Below, piece by piece: positions 1-13,887 of a stretch of 64,000 nt of DNA. Source of the DNA: the human T2T-CHM13v2.0 reference genome, Homo sapiens. The position numbers and the translations under genes were made by a program. Under the pieces are notes generated by a model, which was not told where the DNA came from, searched no databases, and saw only the letters and a program-made list of their open reading frames with translations. The first letter of the stretch is position 1. The number at the start of each line of letters is the position of its first letter. The stretch is taken from assembly GCF_009914755.1 (NCBI RefSeq), contig NC_060934.1. One strand, written 5' to 3'.

Positions 1-540
1 CCTCATCCACTCCTTCCCCCACTTGTCTAACTCCTGTCTTCTCACCCCTCAAGCCTCTGGGTCCCATCAGTGGAGAATCTCCGCATCCTCATGGGGTCTC
101 TTACCATGAACTTACCCACTGTTTCTAAGGCCTGGCCAGCTGTAGACAGTGACAGCCCTGTGGTGAGCCCAGCATGGGCTCTTACTGGAGGCTCAGGAAG
201 TTGGCAGAATGAACATATTAAAGACTGGAGGCAGAAGATGTCAAAAGATGGTAGGCAGAAGACCACCCAAGAAGCTAGCTCCCAACCGAATCTAGACCAA
301 CACAAGAGTAGCTTCAAGGGCTATTAAATGGCCATCCCAGATCAACCAGCTCCTCACCTCTTCCTGAGGCCAAACGAACCACAGGCACAGCTTCTGAGAG
401 AGTGCAAGATGAGGAGGAACTCACCAGAGTTCTTGCACCTGGTCGCAGTCACGTTCTTCTCTGATTGTGCTCAACAGGAACATCTGTCTCCCCCTTGGTG
501 CTGCCTCTTCCTTTGAGATAAGTGCTGTGATTGTGTTTTA

Positions 541-874
<334 letters not shown>

Positions 875-2517
875 TAGATGCAGAGTATCTTCCCTCATAA
901 ACACTGATAGACATGCACAGGATGATACAATGCATATTCTAGGCTCCTATGGCCTGGGTCCTACTGGGGGTATTTTCCCCATATTTCTGAAATAGAGTCA
1001 TTTTTCCTTTAGGGACGTACAGCTCAGTGCATCTGTCACTGCTGGGTTTAGGTCATAATCCCAAATAACTGTGCAGCATAGCTTGCAAAGTACCAACTTC
1101 TCAGCATTTTGATGTTGAGGGTGTACTAAAGTGAAAATAATGGAATTGAAAAGCTGTAGCTTTAACTGTAATCAGCCGAATCCACCTCCCTTCTCCAGAC
1201 ACCCACCGGTGTGAAACCTCCAGTGCAACACTTTACACCAAACTCAGCAAGCCCCACGAAGCTCACTGGGGAGCCAGAGGAAAATGGATCGACTCCCACT
1301 ATGAATATGATCAAAAAAATCTGAGCAGAAAATACAAACAATGCTTTGTTTCCATACAAAACTTAGCCCCTGGGGAAATTACACTTAGATGATTTATGGA
1401 ATGTGGGTCTTTAGCTGTATTACACTTTGCAGTGCCGACAAAGACAACAATAATGTATAATTGATTCCACTTGGATCTCAGAGAGTCAATAAAGGACTTT
1501 GTTTATCCATAATTTTGTTGGGCAAATCTCCCAGATGGTACTGAAATGTTGCATTTTTAAGATGTTGAGTTTGGTCCAGGAGGATCATAAATTATAAAGA
1601 TAATGTGTCTTTCGTATCGTTACAGTCATCTAATCGTAATCACAATTATAGTCACTGTGAAATCTAACTACATTCTATTTTAGTATTACTGTCGACATTT
1701 TTAAAGCTTCATTTATTTAAGAGGCAGAAGTCAACATACGGGCTTCCGTAATCCCAAAGCTCCATTTGCTAATGCAAGGTCAAATTTATAAATTAAAACC
1801 TTTCATGAAAATAAAAATGTTATATTCTTATAATAGGAATCAGCAGTACAAATATACACTCTTCAGTAGGTTTTAGGTTCACTTTCTCACTCCATAGTAA
1901 GAGGCTTTAGCTACTACATTCGTAGGAAACTAACATTTTATCTCTGCAACAATTTTCTACTTTCCAAAACATGTAATTTGTGCTTTCATTAAAGATAAAA
2001 TTGTTTCTCTCTCTTATTGTTGCATCACACAAAAATATTTAAATAGAGAATCACAAAATTGGGAAGGGCAGGTTTGGAATGGCATGACTTAAATATAAGA
2101 TTCTGGCTTATGAGATGCCTCTGGAGGGCCCTGGTGGGTGCAGCTCCCCGGGCCAGGCAGGCCTGCCAGTGCCACTGAGACGGGTGCACCAGCATGGCCC
2201 ACGTGATTCCCTCCCGAGGGAGCGACAGGACCTGCATATTAAGACACTGTGGACAGAGAAAGCAAACAGTACTTTCAAAAACAAGCCCCTGAGTGGAAAA
2301 TTACCCTGGCAGAAGTTCCAGATTGCAGGCATTGGCTTATAATTGAGCTGCTTCTCCTGAAGACAACCCCCTCTCACCTGTTCCAGGTGAGAGGCCTCAG
2401 GGATTTAGGTATCAAAGAATGGTTAATGATTCTCTCAAGTAATGGCAGGAAGCCCAGCTGGCTTCTGAACAGAGGGGAAGAGACGGGGGCAAGGGAAGGA
2501 CATAGAAGAGACTAGGG

Positions 2518-2874
2518 CAGCAGTTCCGAAACTCTAGATGCCTCTGAATCACCTGCAGGGTTTGTTGATACCAAATTGCAGGGCTACACCCCCACAGTCT
2601 GCTCCATGGGTCTGCGATGGGGCCCGAGTATTTGCATTTCTAATAAGTCCCCACAAGCTGCAGCTGCTGCTGGCTTCAAAACCACACTTAGGGAAGCACA
2701 GCGCTAGGGCCTGCTTACTCCAACTGTGGTCCTTGGACCAGTGGCGTCAGGATCACCTGGAGACCTGCTGGAAATGCACAATCTCAGGCCCACCCCACAC
2801 CTATCATTCAGAAGCCACAGCATAACAAGATTCTCCAGGTGGTTCGTGCACACATTAAAGTTTGTTAAGCGCCA
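2518..2874. mobile_element. Two adjacent MER5A-family hAT MITEs
   Basis: MER5-type motifs gaatcacctg, atttgcatttctaataagtcccca, tgtggtccttggacca, ggaaatgcacaatctcaggccc. Confidence 0.7.
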
Positions 2875-2916
2875 TACTACATAATTTAACGTCCTTCCCA
2901 CTCCTGGATTCAATGA

Positions 2917-3698
2917 CAGTATTGCACTGCATAATGATGTTTCAGTCAACAACAGGCTTTGTACATGACAGTGCTCCCGTGAGATTCTCACACGGCTGAA
3001 AAATTCCTATTGCAAATACTTGCCATTGTGTTACAGTTGCCCACAGTATTCAGTACAGTAACTTGCCGTCCAGGTTTGTAGCTGTGAAAGGAAAATATCT
3101 CGGGCCCCCAAAATCACTCAGGAAAACCCCAGCCAGGAACTGCTCAGGGCAAACCTGCCTACCATTCTACTCCAAGTCGCTGCTCTGCTCACTGAGGTAG
3201 ATGCATATCTGATTTGTCTCCTTTGGAAAGGCTAATCAGAAACTCAAAAGAAGGTAACTATTTGTGTATCACCTGTCTGTGACCTGGAAGCTCCCTCCCC
3301 GCTTGGAGTCTTCCTGCCTTTGCCTCAAGTTGTCCCACCTTTCCAGACACACCCGTGTACTTCTTACATATATTGATTGATGTCTCATGTCTCCCGAAAT
3401 GTATAAAACCAAGCCGTGCCCTGACCACCGTGGGCACATGTCGCCAGGATGTCCTGAGGCTGCGTCACAGGCACATCCTCAACCTTGGCAAAATAAACTT
3501 TCTAAACTCACTGAGACCTGTCTCACATTTTCGGGTTTCACATAGCCTAGGAGCACTAGGCTGTACCGTATGGCCGATGTGCGGAGTAGGCTATACCTGT
3601 CTGTATAAGCACACTTGACGATGTTCACACAATGTCAACATTTTGCCTAATGATGCATTTCTCAGGATATATCCCCATTGTTAAGCAACACATGACTA
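2917..3698 (+). mobile_element. Tigger3-family (MER7) DNA transposon interrupted by an LTR
   Basis: Ends cagt..gcataatgatgtttcagtcaac and gttaagcaacacatgacta; the body resumes after the LTR at tagcctaggagc. Confidence 0.75.
3083..3542 (+). mobile_element. MER4A-family solo LTR (ERV1)
   Basis: TG...CA termini (tgtgaaaggaaaata ... gtttcaca), internal AATAAA, 4-bp TSD tagc. Confidence 0.88.
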
Positions 3699-4301
3699 TA
3701 ATTCCACGTCCACATGACTCCTGATGTGTGTGTGTTTGTGTGTTCACGTGTTTGCAGGTGAGGAAAATAGGGTGTGGTTTCCCTTTAACCTCTGATTTAC
3801 TTCTCTTTCTCACTCCCTCTCCCACTAATAATGTACTAAAATAAGGGTTTGCATTCCGTGCCAGCACAAAGCATGCAAATTAGTGCTGAGCTGGCTGTAC
3901 CATCAGAACAACCTGCCCATCTGAGATACGCCCTGACCCTGTGCCTCAGAGCAAGTTGGCAACTGTCTTGACTCATTGATCTTTTTGCCGCAGTGTGGTC
4001 TAGGTCAAGGCCTTGTACACAGTTGGTGCTCAATAAGTGTTTTTGGGTCGATTGAGAGACTGCTGGACAAGGACAAGTGGTGAAACACACAGCACCTGCT
4101 TGTGCTATAATACTTTCCACATTCTCATCTCCACACCCAATCCCCCTCTTTCCCAGGAACCATGCAGATCCCAGCCCAGCCTCCCCAGGCTTAGCCTGCT
4201 CCTGGATTTCAGGCCAACAGCTCCTTTCCAGAAAGTCTCTGGAGAGCCTCTGGTTCTATAAGCCCCACAGCCTGGATGCTGGGGCCCCAGCCTGTCTAGA
4301 G

Positions 4302-4630
4302 CAGGGGTCGGCAAGCTTTTCCTACAAAGAGTTAAATGGTTAATAGTTCAGTCTTGGTGGGCCATACAGTCTCAGTTTTGTGCACCTACTCCACCCAGCT
4401 GATTTTGCTCAAAATTATCCAAAGACAATACATAAACAAGTAGTCATGGCTGTATTCTAAGAAAACTTTCCTTACGGACACTGAAATGTGAAAGTCATAT
4501 AATTGTCATGTATTGTGCAATATTCTTCTTCTGCCTTTTCCCCACTATATAAAAAGGTAAAAGCCATTCTTATCTTACTGGCTGCACAAGAAACAGACCC
4601 GATTTAGCATCTAGACCATACTTTGCCCTC
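4302..4630 (+). mobile_element. MER58B-like hAT-Charlie element
   Basis: Starts caggggtcggcaa; flanked by NTCTAGAG 8-mers (gtctagag / ttctagag). Confidence 0.75.
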
Positions 4631-6445
4631 TTCTAGAGGCTAAGGGCGAGGTTAAGATGACATCCTGGCTCTGTCTCTGACTCACCGTGGAATTAAACCA
4701 CCTGCCTAACCTCTCCCTAGCACCCACCTCAGAGGGCTGCAGTCAAGGTCAACTGGGAGGGTGCTTATGAAGCCTGTGGCCTGTAGTGAATGTCCCATCA
4801 ACGTTGGGGTAGTTGTTGTTGTGGCCAAACTCTAGAATAAATCAATGGAAACAAGGAACAGGAAAAGACCAGGATGCACCAGTCAGGAAACAGAACCCTT
4901 CTGATAAGCACCAAGGGGGATGTGGACCCTTCCGAGGAGACTGAGGTCTCCCCAAAGTGCCCCACTTGAAGGGTCTTTGAGGATAGTGAGATGCCTGCCC
5001 AGTGGGCACCAGGAAGCTGCCAACTTCCCAGGAGTTACATGGGCAAAACCAGCACTGCAATGTGTTGGAGAGCATGAGGACGTACGGAGGGCGCTACTGT
5101 GGGCAGGGCAAGCTCCACTCCCAACCTTGACCTGGAGGTGAAAAAGAGCCACAGAGTCCCTAGGAGGTTGGGATGTGGGCCTGACTCTCCCACTTAGAAG
5201 CCTTACGACAAGCAGGGAATGGGGCCTCAGTTTCGTCATCTGTAACATATTTGTTAGTTGGTCTAACAGATACTTAACTGAATACCTACTCTGTGCCAGG
5301 TAATGTGTCAAGCACTATAAACACAAATGTATCTTTTACAAAGACAGATGAGCTAGAAAGATAGAATAGGTGGGTAGAGAGATCAGTCAATTGATTGATC
5401 GGCCACTGATCGATACTAACAGCTGTCATCAGAAACTTTGCTTAGGAGAATACTTTCATTAGCCTCTTGAGTTGGGCAAGGTGAGGCCCAAATGCCAGGG
5501 GGCCAGCCAGAAGAGGGGATCTCCAGCTGGCTGCTGTGAGGTGGCAGGCAGACACGGACCCCTTCCTGCAGGAATCATTCTGCAGCTTTGAAGGGGCCCA
5601 CTCTTGCCAACTGGACCACAGAGTCAGACCATATAAGGAGATCACAAGTGTGGAAGAGAGGTCACAAGTGGACAGAGTGGGCCACTTCAAAGGGGCAGAA
5701 CAATTCTGCACGGACCCCTGCAGGAAGGAGTCCGTGTTGCCAGATTGTCCAAGTTTTTAAAAGAAACTAGAATTCCAGATTTTCATGTGCAGTGAACCAA
5801 ATGTTAAATATTGGCCTCTATTTCAAAAATGTTCAAATGCTATGGGCCAAAGAAGGCACACCTGTGAGCCACACGTCTCTTTCCTGGAGCCCACCAGTTC
5901 GTGATCTCCGATTAGAAACAGGCAGCAAAACAAAGAAATCGCTGAACCCCTGCTGCACAGGAAATGTGGAAGGGAGAACAGCCTGAGGGCTAGTGGCAGG
6001 GGAGGGAGAGACAGGAGAGACAAGGAGGCTAATGGGGCGGGTCCAGGGCGCCTTGGCCGCGGGCTCTGAAGGACAAAGATGGCTCCTGTTTCCCGTGACA
6101 TCAACCCCCTTATCCCCAGCCAGACTTAGAGTAGATTGGCCTTGTGTGAGTGGTCTGGACAGAGACCCAGAAAAGGGGCCACGTACAACCCCTGAGGCAG
6201 GGAGGGCTGGGAGCTGAGGGGAGAGGATGGCCATGCGGTGGCTCACTCAGAACCCTGAAGCCCCTTGGGAGTGGCAAAAACAGCCTAGGCAGGAAATAGG
6301 GGGCTCATGTCCATTTAATCTCAAAGGACAGGGTCACTCCAGCCTATGGCCAGTTAAACAGAGGATAGCAAAGTCCAGCCCAGTCCTCAAGGAATATTTT
6401 AAGGGAGACAGATGAGGCTTTGTGGACCTCAGCATCAGATAAGTA

Positions 6446-6577
6446 GCCAGGCGCCATCACGCATGCCTGCAGTCCCAGCTACTCCGGAGGCCTGAGACAA
6501 GAGGATCACTCCTAGCCCAGGAGTTCAAGGCCAGCCTGGGAAAAAGCAAGATCCTCATATCTAAAAAAAAAAAAAAA
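6446..6577 (+). mobile_element. FLAM-type Alu monomer
   Basis: Single left-arm-like monomer ending in an A tail. Confidence 0.8.
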
Positions 6578-7029
6578 GATCACATAAGGAAGCATTTTAC
6601 TGAGCAGCTCCTATGTGCCAGGTATTTGCACGTCAGAACTTTGACCCTCACAGCACTGTGGGGTGGAGAGTGTTACTCTAGTGCATCCATAAAGCAAGCC
6701 AGGAGCCGACGCTTGGATAAGGAGCCTTGTAAAAAGCAGACACAGGAATCCTAGCCGGGTGTCGGAGGTCCAAGTCCACCTTGCTGCTTAGCCTCCTGCA
6801 AAGTGTGATTTGATAGGAGGAGTGGTTGTTGCTGTTGTTGTTGTGTTGTCATTGTCTCAATCCAGCCCTATCTAGAGAAGAGAGACAGTGTCTGGTCACC
6901 AACAAAGTGTACCTAAAAGTGAAGAAAGTGCAAGAGCTGCTGCCTGATGGCTCACGCACCAAGGTCTCCCGGCCCTTCCCATCACTCTGTTCACTGAACA
7001 AATCTTTCTGGGGAGCAGAGAACAAGCCT

Positions 7030-7200
7030 GGAGTCCAACTTTGTGAGGGTGAAGCCCCATGTTCCACTTTTATCTTCTGGGTGACCTCAGACATATCGTT
7101 TAACCTCTCTGAGCCTCAGTTACCTCATCTGTGAAATGGGAATAATACCACCTTCTATCTTGAAAGGTTATTTTTGTGAAAGGTTATGTGAAAGAGAATA
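7030..7200 (+). mobile_element. MIR SINE
   Basis: Core tttaacctctctgagcctcagttacctcatctgtgaaatgggaataata. Confidence 0.8.
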
Positions 7201-7217
7201 TGAAAGTCTACATCAGG

Positions 7218-7393
7218 AGCTGGGCATGGTGGCATGTGCCTATAGTTCCAGCTACTTGGGAGGCTGAAGCAGGAGGATAGCTTGAGCCCAGGAGTCAGAG
7301 GCTGCAATGAGTCATGATCCCGCCATTGCACTCCAGCCTGGCTGGCAGAGCGAGACCCCATCTCTAGAAAAAATAAAAAACCAAAAGAAAAAG
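7218..7393 (+). mobile_element. FRAM/FAM-type Alu monomer
   Basis: Right-arm-like monomer with A tail; TSD aaagtctacatcagg / aaagttctacatcaagg. Confidence 0.8.
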
Positions 7394-8157
7394 AAAGTTC
7401 TACATCAAGGATGCTTTGTGCTTCTGTTGGGTTTTGTCACCATGGCTACTGGTGATAACATGTGCAGTTCCCCACGGACTTGGGCATCAGGGAAGGAAGC
7501 TCTGACTCTCTTCCACTGTTGGGACCTCCTCGTGTGGTCTGACTCTGAGTCATCACATCGAGTCACCTGCCCTCCCCCTGGATGACCTAATCACTGGCCT
7601 TTCAGGTGACCCCACCATGGAGTAGTGGCTGTTGGGATCTCAGAGAACTGGAGCCACTTGAAGGACTGAGCAGCCTTCTCTGACATTCGGGGCACTACAC
7701 TCCTGCTTCTGCTGAACTCTCCGTTTCATTCCACGTGGACTCCAGGGTGGGCCCCTGCTCTCTGCTGCCCCACTGACCTGCACCTGCCCAGTGTTCCAAT
7801 TCCCCACGACCTACTGGAGCACACACATGACTATGTGGAATTCTGCATTGGCTAGAACTTGCCTACAAGAAGACATGGGACATTCACCTGGGCAGTGCCT
7901 CTGGCTTCTTAATTCAAACAGTATCCAACACTGGAGTTTGAGAGCAAAGAATGAGGAAAACAGGACTTGGTCTTTGCTGTGCTTATGGGTAAGGTTCTGC
8001 CCATTACCATGGTGTCAACTTTGAGTGGAAATCCCACGTGCCTCTCCAAGAAGACACCACTTACACACACACATGCCATCATCCTTATGGCTCTCAGCAA
8101 CAATGTCACATGCACTGATGGCAAACATATCTAATGTTTAAATTTCTCACTTTTTAA

Positions 8158-8484
<327 letters not shown>

Positions 8485-9849
8485 TAAATGTAAGTACATC
8501 TACTGGTCCTGTATTTTATGACATCTTATGATCCTACCCACCCTGAACCATGTTCTGGACAGCAGAGGGGTGGCAGGTGCCAAGCACTGTGAGTCCAGTG
8601 TTGGGAATTTCTATCAAGCCCCAAAACTATATGAGGAGAGGGACTACAGGGGTACGGTTGCAGGAATGTGTGGGGTGCCTGGGCATTGCCCACCTTGTTC
8701 ACAGTCTGTCTGCCTTGTCAAGGCCAACCAGCTACCTGCACACACATGCTGCAGCCGCTAACATTAAAATAAAAGGTATTTGTCTTCACATCGCCTCAAA
8801 TCATTGCTCATAGTACATGTGCCACACTGGGAATCATTGGCCCACACTAAAGAGTGTATAATTCGTCAGTTGCACTCCCTTCTTTTACTAATTTTGCAAT
8901 TTAATTTTTACAAAATTAACTTTCCTTGATATGATCCATCCTTTATATACCTAAGGAATAGGCATTACTGCTTTAAATTAAATATAATTTTGAAACATGC
9001 CACCTGGATGCCACCATCCCTTAAGTCCTTTAAACTACCTTCTCTTAGAAACAACGTGACATTTTAGCTGAACATAAGTGTCTTTTTTTTCCAACTGTAA
9101 ATAAGCATTTTATGCTCTCCAAAAATCAAAACGATATTTTTACTGTTATGATTTTATTATGCTCCTTTATAGGGTAGTTTGCTTTTGTGAAGTTAAAGAA
9201 CGCAGTGAAGTGGAAACTTGTAACAAATAGGGCATATTGGAACTGGGCTGTGTGTTTTAAATTTTCCATTCATTTAATTGGGGAGAAAAGTGTGTGTTTG
9301 TTTGGATATCTAATTATTGGGAAAGGAGAGGTTCATTTGTCTGAGTTAATATCCCTTAACCAAGTTAAAAATTAGCATACATCTCTTTAATTATACCTTG
9401 AAGTGACAGCATCATGCATCAGCCACTCACTCAGGCCCATTTTCCGCAGTTCTCATCCACCTGATCCTGGAACAGGGACGGGAGGGAGTGTCCTGCCCAC
9501 CTGCCCCCTACCAACCCTCCCCACACACACACTGCCCTGTTGCTGGAGGGACATCCCCACCCCATCGCTGACTCAAAGCCCCCATGACCTTGTGTGACCA
9601 GTCCCCCCGGTGTGCTCGGCCTCTCTGACTTTCTGGTGGCCTAAGGAGGCACAGGCATCGCTCCCAAGTCAGACCCTGCACCTGCCCCTGCTCTGCCTGG
9701 GTAGATCCCACTCCTGCTCCCCTGTAGGCTTCTGCTAATCTCATGGACTAGTTAAGAGCCCTCTAGTCCACCCCATCCCCGTCCTGACTCCCCACTCCTC
9801 ATCATTCACTTCCACAGCCTCACCTCTCTCCTAATTACGCATTCAATGA

Positions 9850-10003
9850 CAACTAGATGCTGTACTCCATGAAGGCAGAGGCCTTTTCTTCATTCTCTCT
9901 CGAATTCATGGCGTATCCTTAGTGCTTGTGTGTTGCTTGGAGCATAGCTGTGTTCAATAATTGTCTACTGAGTGAAAGAATGAATGAATGAATGAATGAA
10001 TGA
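9850..10003 (+). mobile_element. L2 3' end with (GAAT)n tail
   Basis: ctccatgaaggcagaggcc ... tcaataattg ... gaatgaatgaatgaatg. Confidence 0.65.
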
Positions 10004-10789
10004 ACAGAAAATGGCAAATTTGTGAATGCTTGTGAGCTCTCCCCTGTGACATTACTGGGCCCATATTTGATTTCAGAAGCCGAGCCACATGGAAACCCCT
10101 GTGGACCCAGTGAATGCACCCCCTGGAGGCTGAGAAGAGAGGGGATCTCTCCAGCTGTAGGAGTACATGTTAATTTCTAAGCACATCATCTGAAGATTTC
10201 ATTCATTCACTGCTTCTTATTATTGCCAAAATCAAATGGTCTGTAGCTTAAATGTCCGACAATTGAGAAGTGGTTGAGGAAATAGTAGAATAGCAATGTG
10301 CTAAGTTGCTATTTAAAATTATGTTTATACAGAGCTTATAATAACATGAGAAATTGCTTATAATATTAACAAAAAACCAAATAGTCTATGCTGTGCAACA
10401 TTATATGAAGACTTTGATGGCAAATGCATATTTTAAAACTCACAGGATTCTAATATAATGCAAGAAGAAAATAGCAAGGAGGCTGATTGTTTCTGGGTGA
10501 TGAGTTTAGGATGCTTGTTTCTTCTTTCTGCTTCTCTGTATTTACCAGATTTTCTACAGTGAGCATTTATTACTTTCATATTATGTAGAAAGAAATCATA
10601 ATGCTTTTTCTTCCCAAAGAGAAGAGGATCTATAGTTGCCTCTACTCCCACAGCCAGCTTAGAATTGCCATTTTTTATTTTTCCAAGGATGGCCTCCTGG
10701 TGACATCTGTGTACTGGAGGCCTTCTCATTCCTGGGGGGCGCGGCAGGGGTGGATTTGCACCACAGAGGAGTCCAACCAGCTCACATAG

Positions 10790-11149
<360 letters not shown>

Positions 11150-13111
11150 TGAGTGTGGGGACTGAGTTTCCCCATCATCTGAGTCAGGGGTGGCACCAGC
11201 AACAGCTCGTACCTATGTTTTGCCTGTTAATTATTCAGGCCCTGGTGTGGCACTGCAGCCCACATTTCACTTCCAAAGTGTTTGGAAATCAATAACTAAT
11301 TTATATAGAGTTCTCTTAGAAATAGGTACTATTTTCCATCTCATTAAAATGCAACTTGAAATGAAGCCATGCCTGCCACTGGGATTCGACTCTGGTTGGC
11401 CTGTCTCACCCATGGGATAGAGTGTCCAATGGGAGAGGATGAAGAGGGTCACCAGGCCCCACTCAGAGGTGGGAAATGAAAGGCAATTGGGCAGAAAGTC
11501 CTACATGCTTGGCCCAATAGCAAAGCCCCTGTGGTCACAGCCGAGGGACCATTCTGAGTCCAGCATGGTGGCTCTCGCTTAGGAATTTTTCGGTGTGCCT
11601 AGGTGTGAATTCATTTCAGGAATTAGAGTAACCAGTGATAATTGTGTATGTGGGTGTGTGTGTAGAAAGGATTTTTCAAGATCCTACTGGAGGTCCTCTG
11701 ATAGCCAGAAACACCCAATGCTATGCGGTTCTTACGGTTCATGTGCCCCCTAATGCACCTGCTGGATTGGATGCCCAAGGAAACCAGCATATATTCATAG
11801 ACTTCCTGCAATGTTTCATTTTTAAAGAAAAATCTTTAAGGTTTTAATAGGTTTTATTTAACAGCATGTAAAACATTGGCATCATGGGTACAAGATCTCT
11901 CTTTAAATTGCTTATTGAAACATCAATCATTTGAGTTCACAAAGATAGGATAAAAAATTTATTAAAATACCATCTAGTTAGAAAAGCACTGGAATGCATC
12001 TACCCCAAAACTCTCAGTGCACATTTTCTTTGATTTGTTGATATTTCTGAAACCCAGCAACTAACTTGCTTTGACAAGGGGCCAGGTAATGTTCTCAACC
12101 TGGTCCCAGCATCTCTCTCACTAGGTCCCACCCGGCCAGTAAACTCAGATCCACTGTCACCTCCTCCCATGCTCCAAATGGAACTGGGGGCTTTGTTCTC
12201 TGAATTTCTTTGTTCTCCATCTTCATCTTTAACCCTCTGACTCTCCTGAGGGGTGCGTGTGGACCCTCCACCACATCACCCCTTTTGCTGACATTACACA
12301 GTGGGGCAAGGGGTCTCATCTTCAGGCTGGTTTCTGGGAAGAGGACAGGAAGGGAAAAATCAATGTTCAGAAAAGAGATGGTGAGACCATCAAGTTGAAG
12401 TATAAATTGAAGGAGGGAGAGGCTGTGAGGTCTTCCTGGAAAGGCAGCATGGGGCCACTTTTGAGAGTCCTTGAATGCAACATCAAGGCATCTGTACTTT
12501 ATTCTGCAGGTAACAGGGAGCCACTGATGGTGTCCCACCAGAACAGTGAGGCGATCAGAGCTTTAGTCTCAGAAGATCTTGCAATAAAGTTTAGAGCTGG
12601 AAGAAACCACCCCTTCCCTCCAACTGGAAATCGAGTCACCTTATTTTAGATCCTTCTGGTTTCTTCTACTTTTTCTGTTTATGGAGACTTCTTTCTCCCC
12701 TGTGGCATGGCTTCTCTGTCCTAATGGGTCTCACCATTCTGCTGGCCTGCCAGCTCCTTGTGGGCAGGGTTTGTGCCGAACATACCTCCCCCAACAAGCA
12801 CCTAGGGCAGCAGTTGGGGCCACTGGTGTTGCCTGTCTGACTTATTTCATAAAGGATTCAGGGTACACTGTTCATAGTCAAGAAATTAGATGAATGCATG
12901 GACAAATGAACAAATAAAGGAACAAATGAAGTCTTGAGGGAATGGCAGCACTAACTGTCCTGGAGGCCTGTGCCTCTCCGGCAGCCCACAGGGGCCACAG
13001 GTGGACATGCCCTGGAACCTCTGGGTGAGAGAGATAGGGGATTGTAGGCCTAAAGAGGAGGAGATTCCTGGACTGCTGGGACTGAGGGGCCCCTTTTAGA
13101 ACAGAATGTGA

Positions 13112-13437
<326 letters not shown>

Positions 13438-13725
13438 AACAGAATGTGCCCACTTGTCACTGGGCACCAAGTGAATCTGTCCCACCCACCCTGGTGGCCT
13501 GTATTCTCACTGCGTCCCTCGACACCTTGGTCATCCTCCCCACCTCTTCCCTTAAGAGCAGCTTATGCAAAGAACATTACAGCAGAAGGGTGGCACCCCA
13601 GTCAGGTCACCTCCCTGGATCACGCCTCCCAGGACCACACTCCCTTAGAAAAACAGGAGCAGTTTTTGCTTAGACTCAGCCAAAGTCCATGGAGGTCCAC
13701 TGAGTGGATTCTTTTCCAGCTAAGC

Positions 13726-13887
13726 TTTTGAACACCAGTCTATCCCACACCCAATTCCGAGGCAGTGTTTTTTCTGCTCCTTCAAACACCAGTCTATCCC
13801 ACATCCAATACCAACATAGTGTTTTTGCTGCTCTTTTGAACACCAGTCTATCCCACCTCCGATACCGAGGCAGTGTTTTTTCTGCTC
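13726..13887. repeat. Tandem repeat, 3 x 54 bp
   Basis: Units start at 13726, 13780 and 13834 and share aacaccagtctatcccac...agtgtttttKctgctc. Confidence 0.93.

Noticed and set aside
70-516. Abutting ORFs 70-327 and 328-516
   Set aside because: Short, no recognisable domains or splice structure; consistent with chance.
3864-3882. ACAAAG next to the octamer ATGCAAAT
   Set aside because: The SOX half-site is in the wrong orientation for the canonical SOX-OCT composite; a single motif is expected by chance.
11736-11806. Possible minus-strand exon (cag|GAAG...ACC|gtaaga)
   Set aside because: Poor polypyrimidine tract and no recognisable protein similarity.
13726-13887. CRISPR-like appearance of the 54-bp repeat
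   Set aside because: Units are homologous along their whole length with no unique spacers, there are no cas genes, and the DNA is primate.
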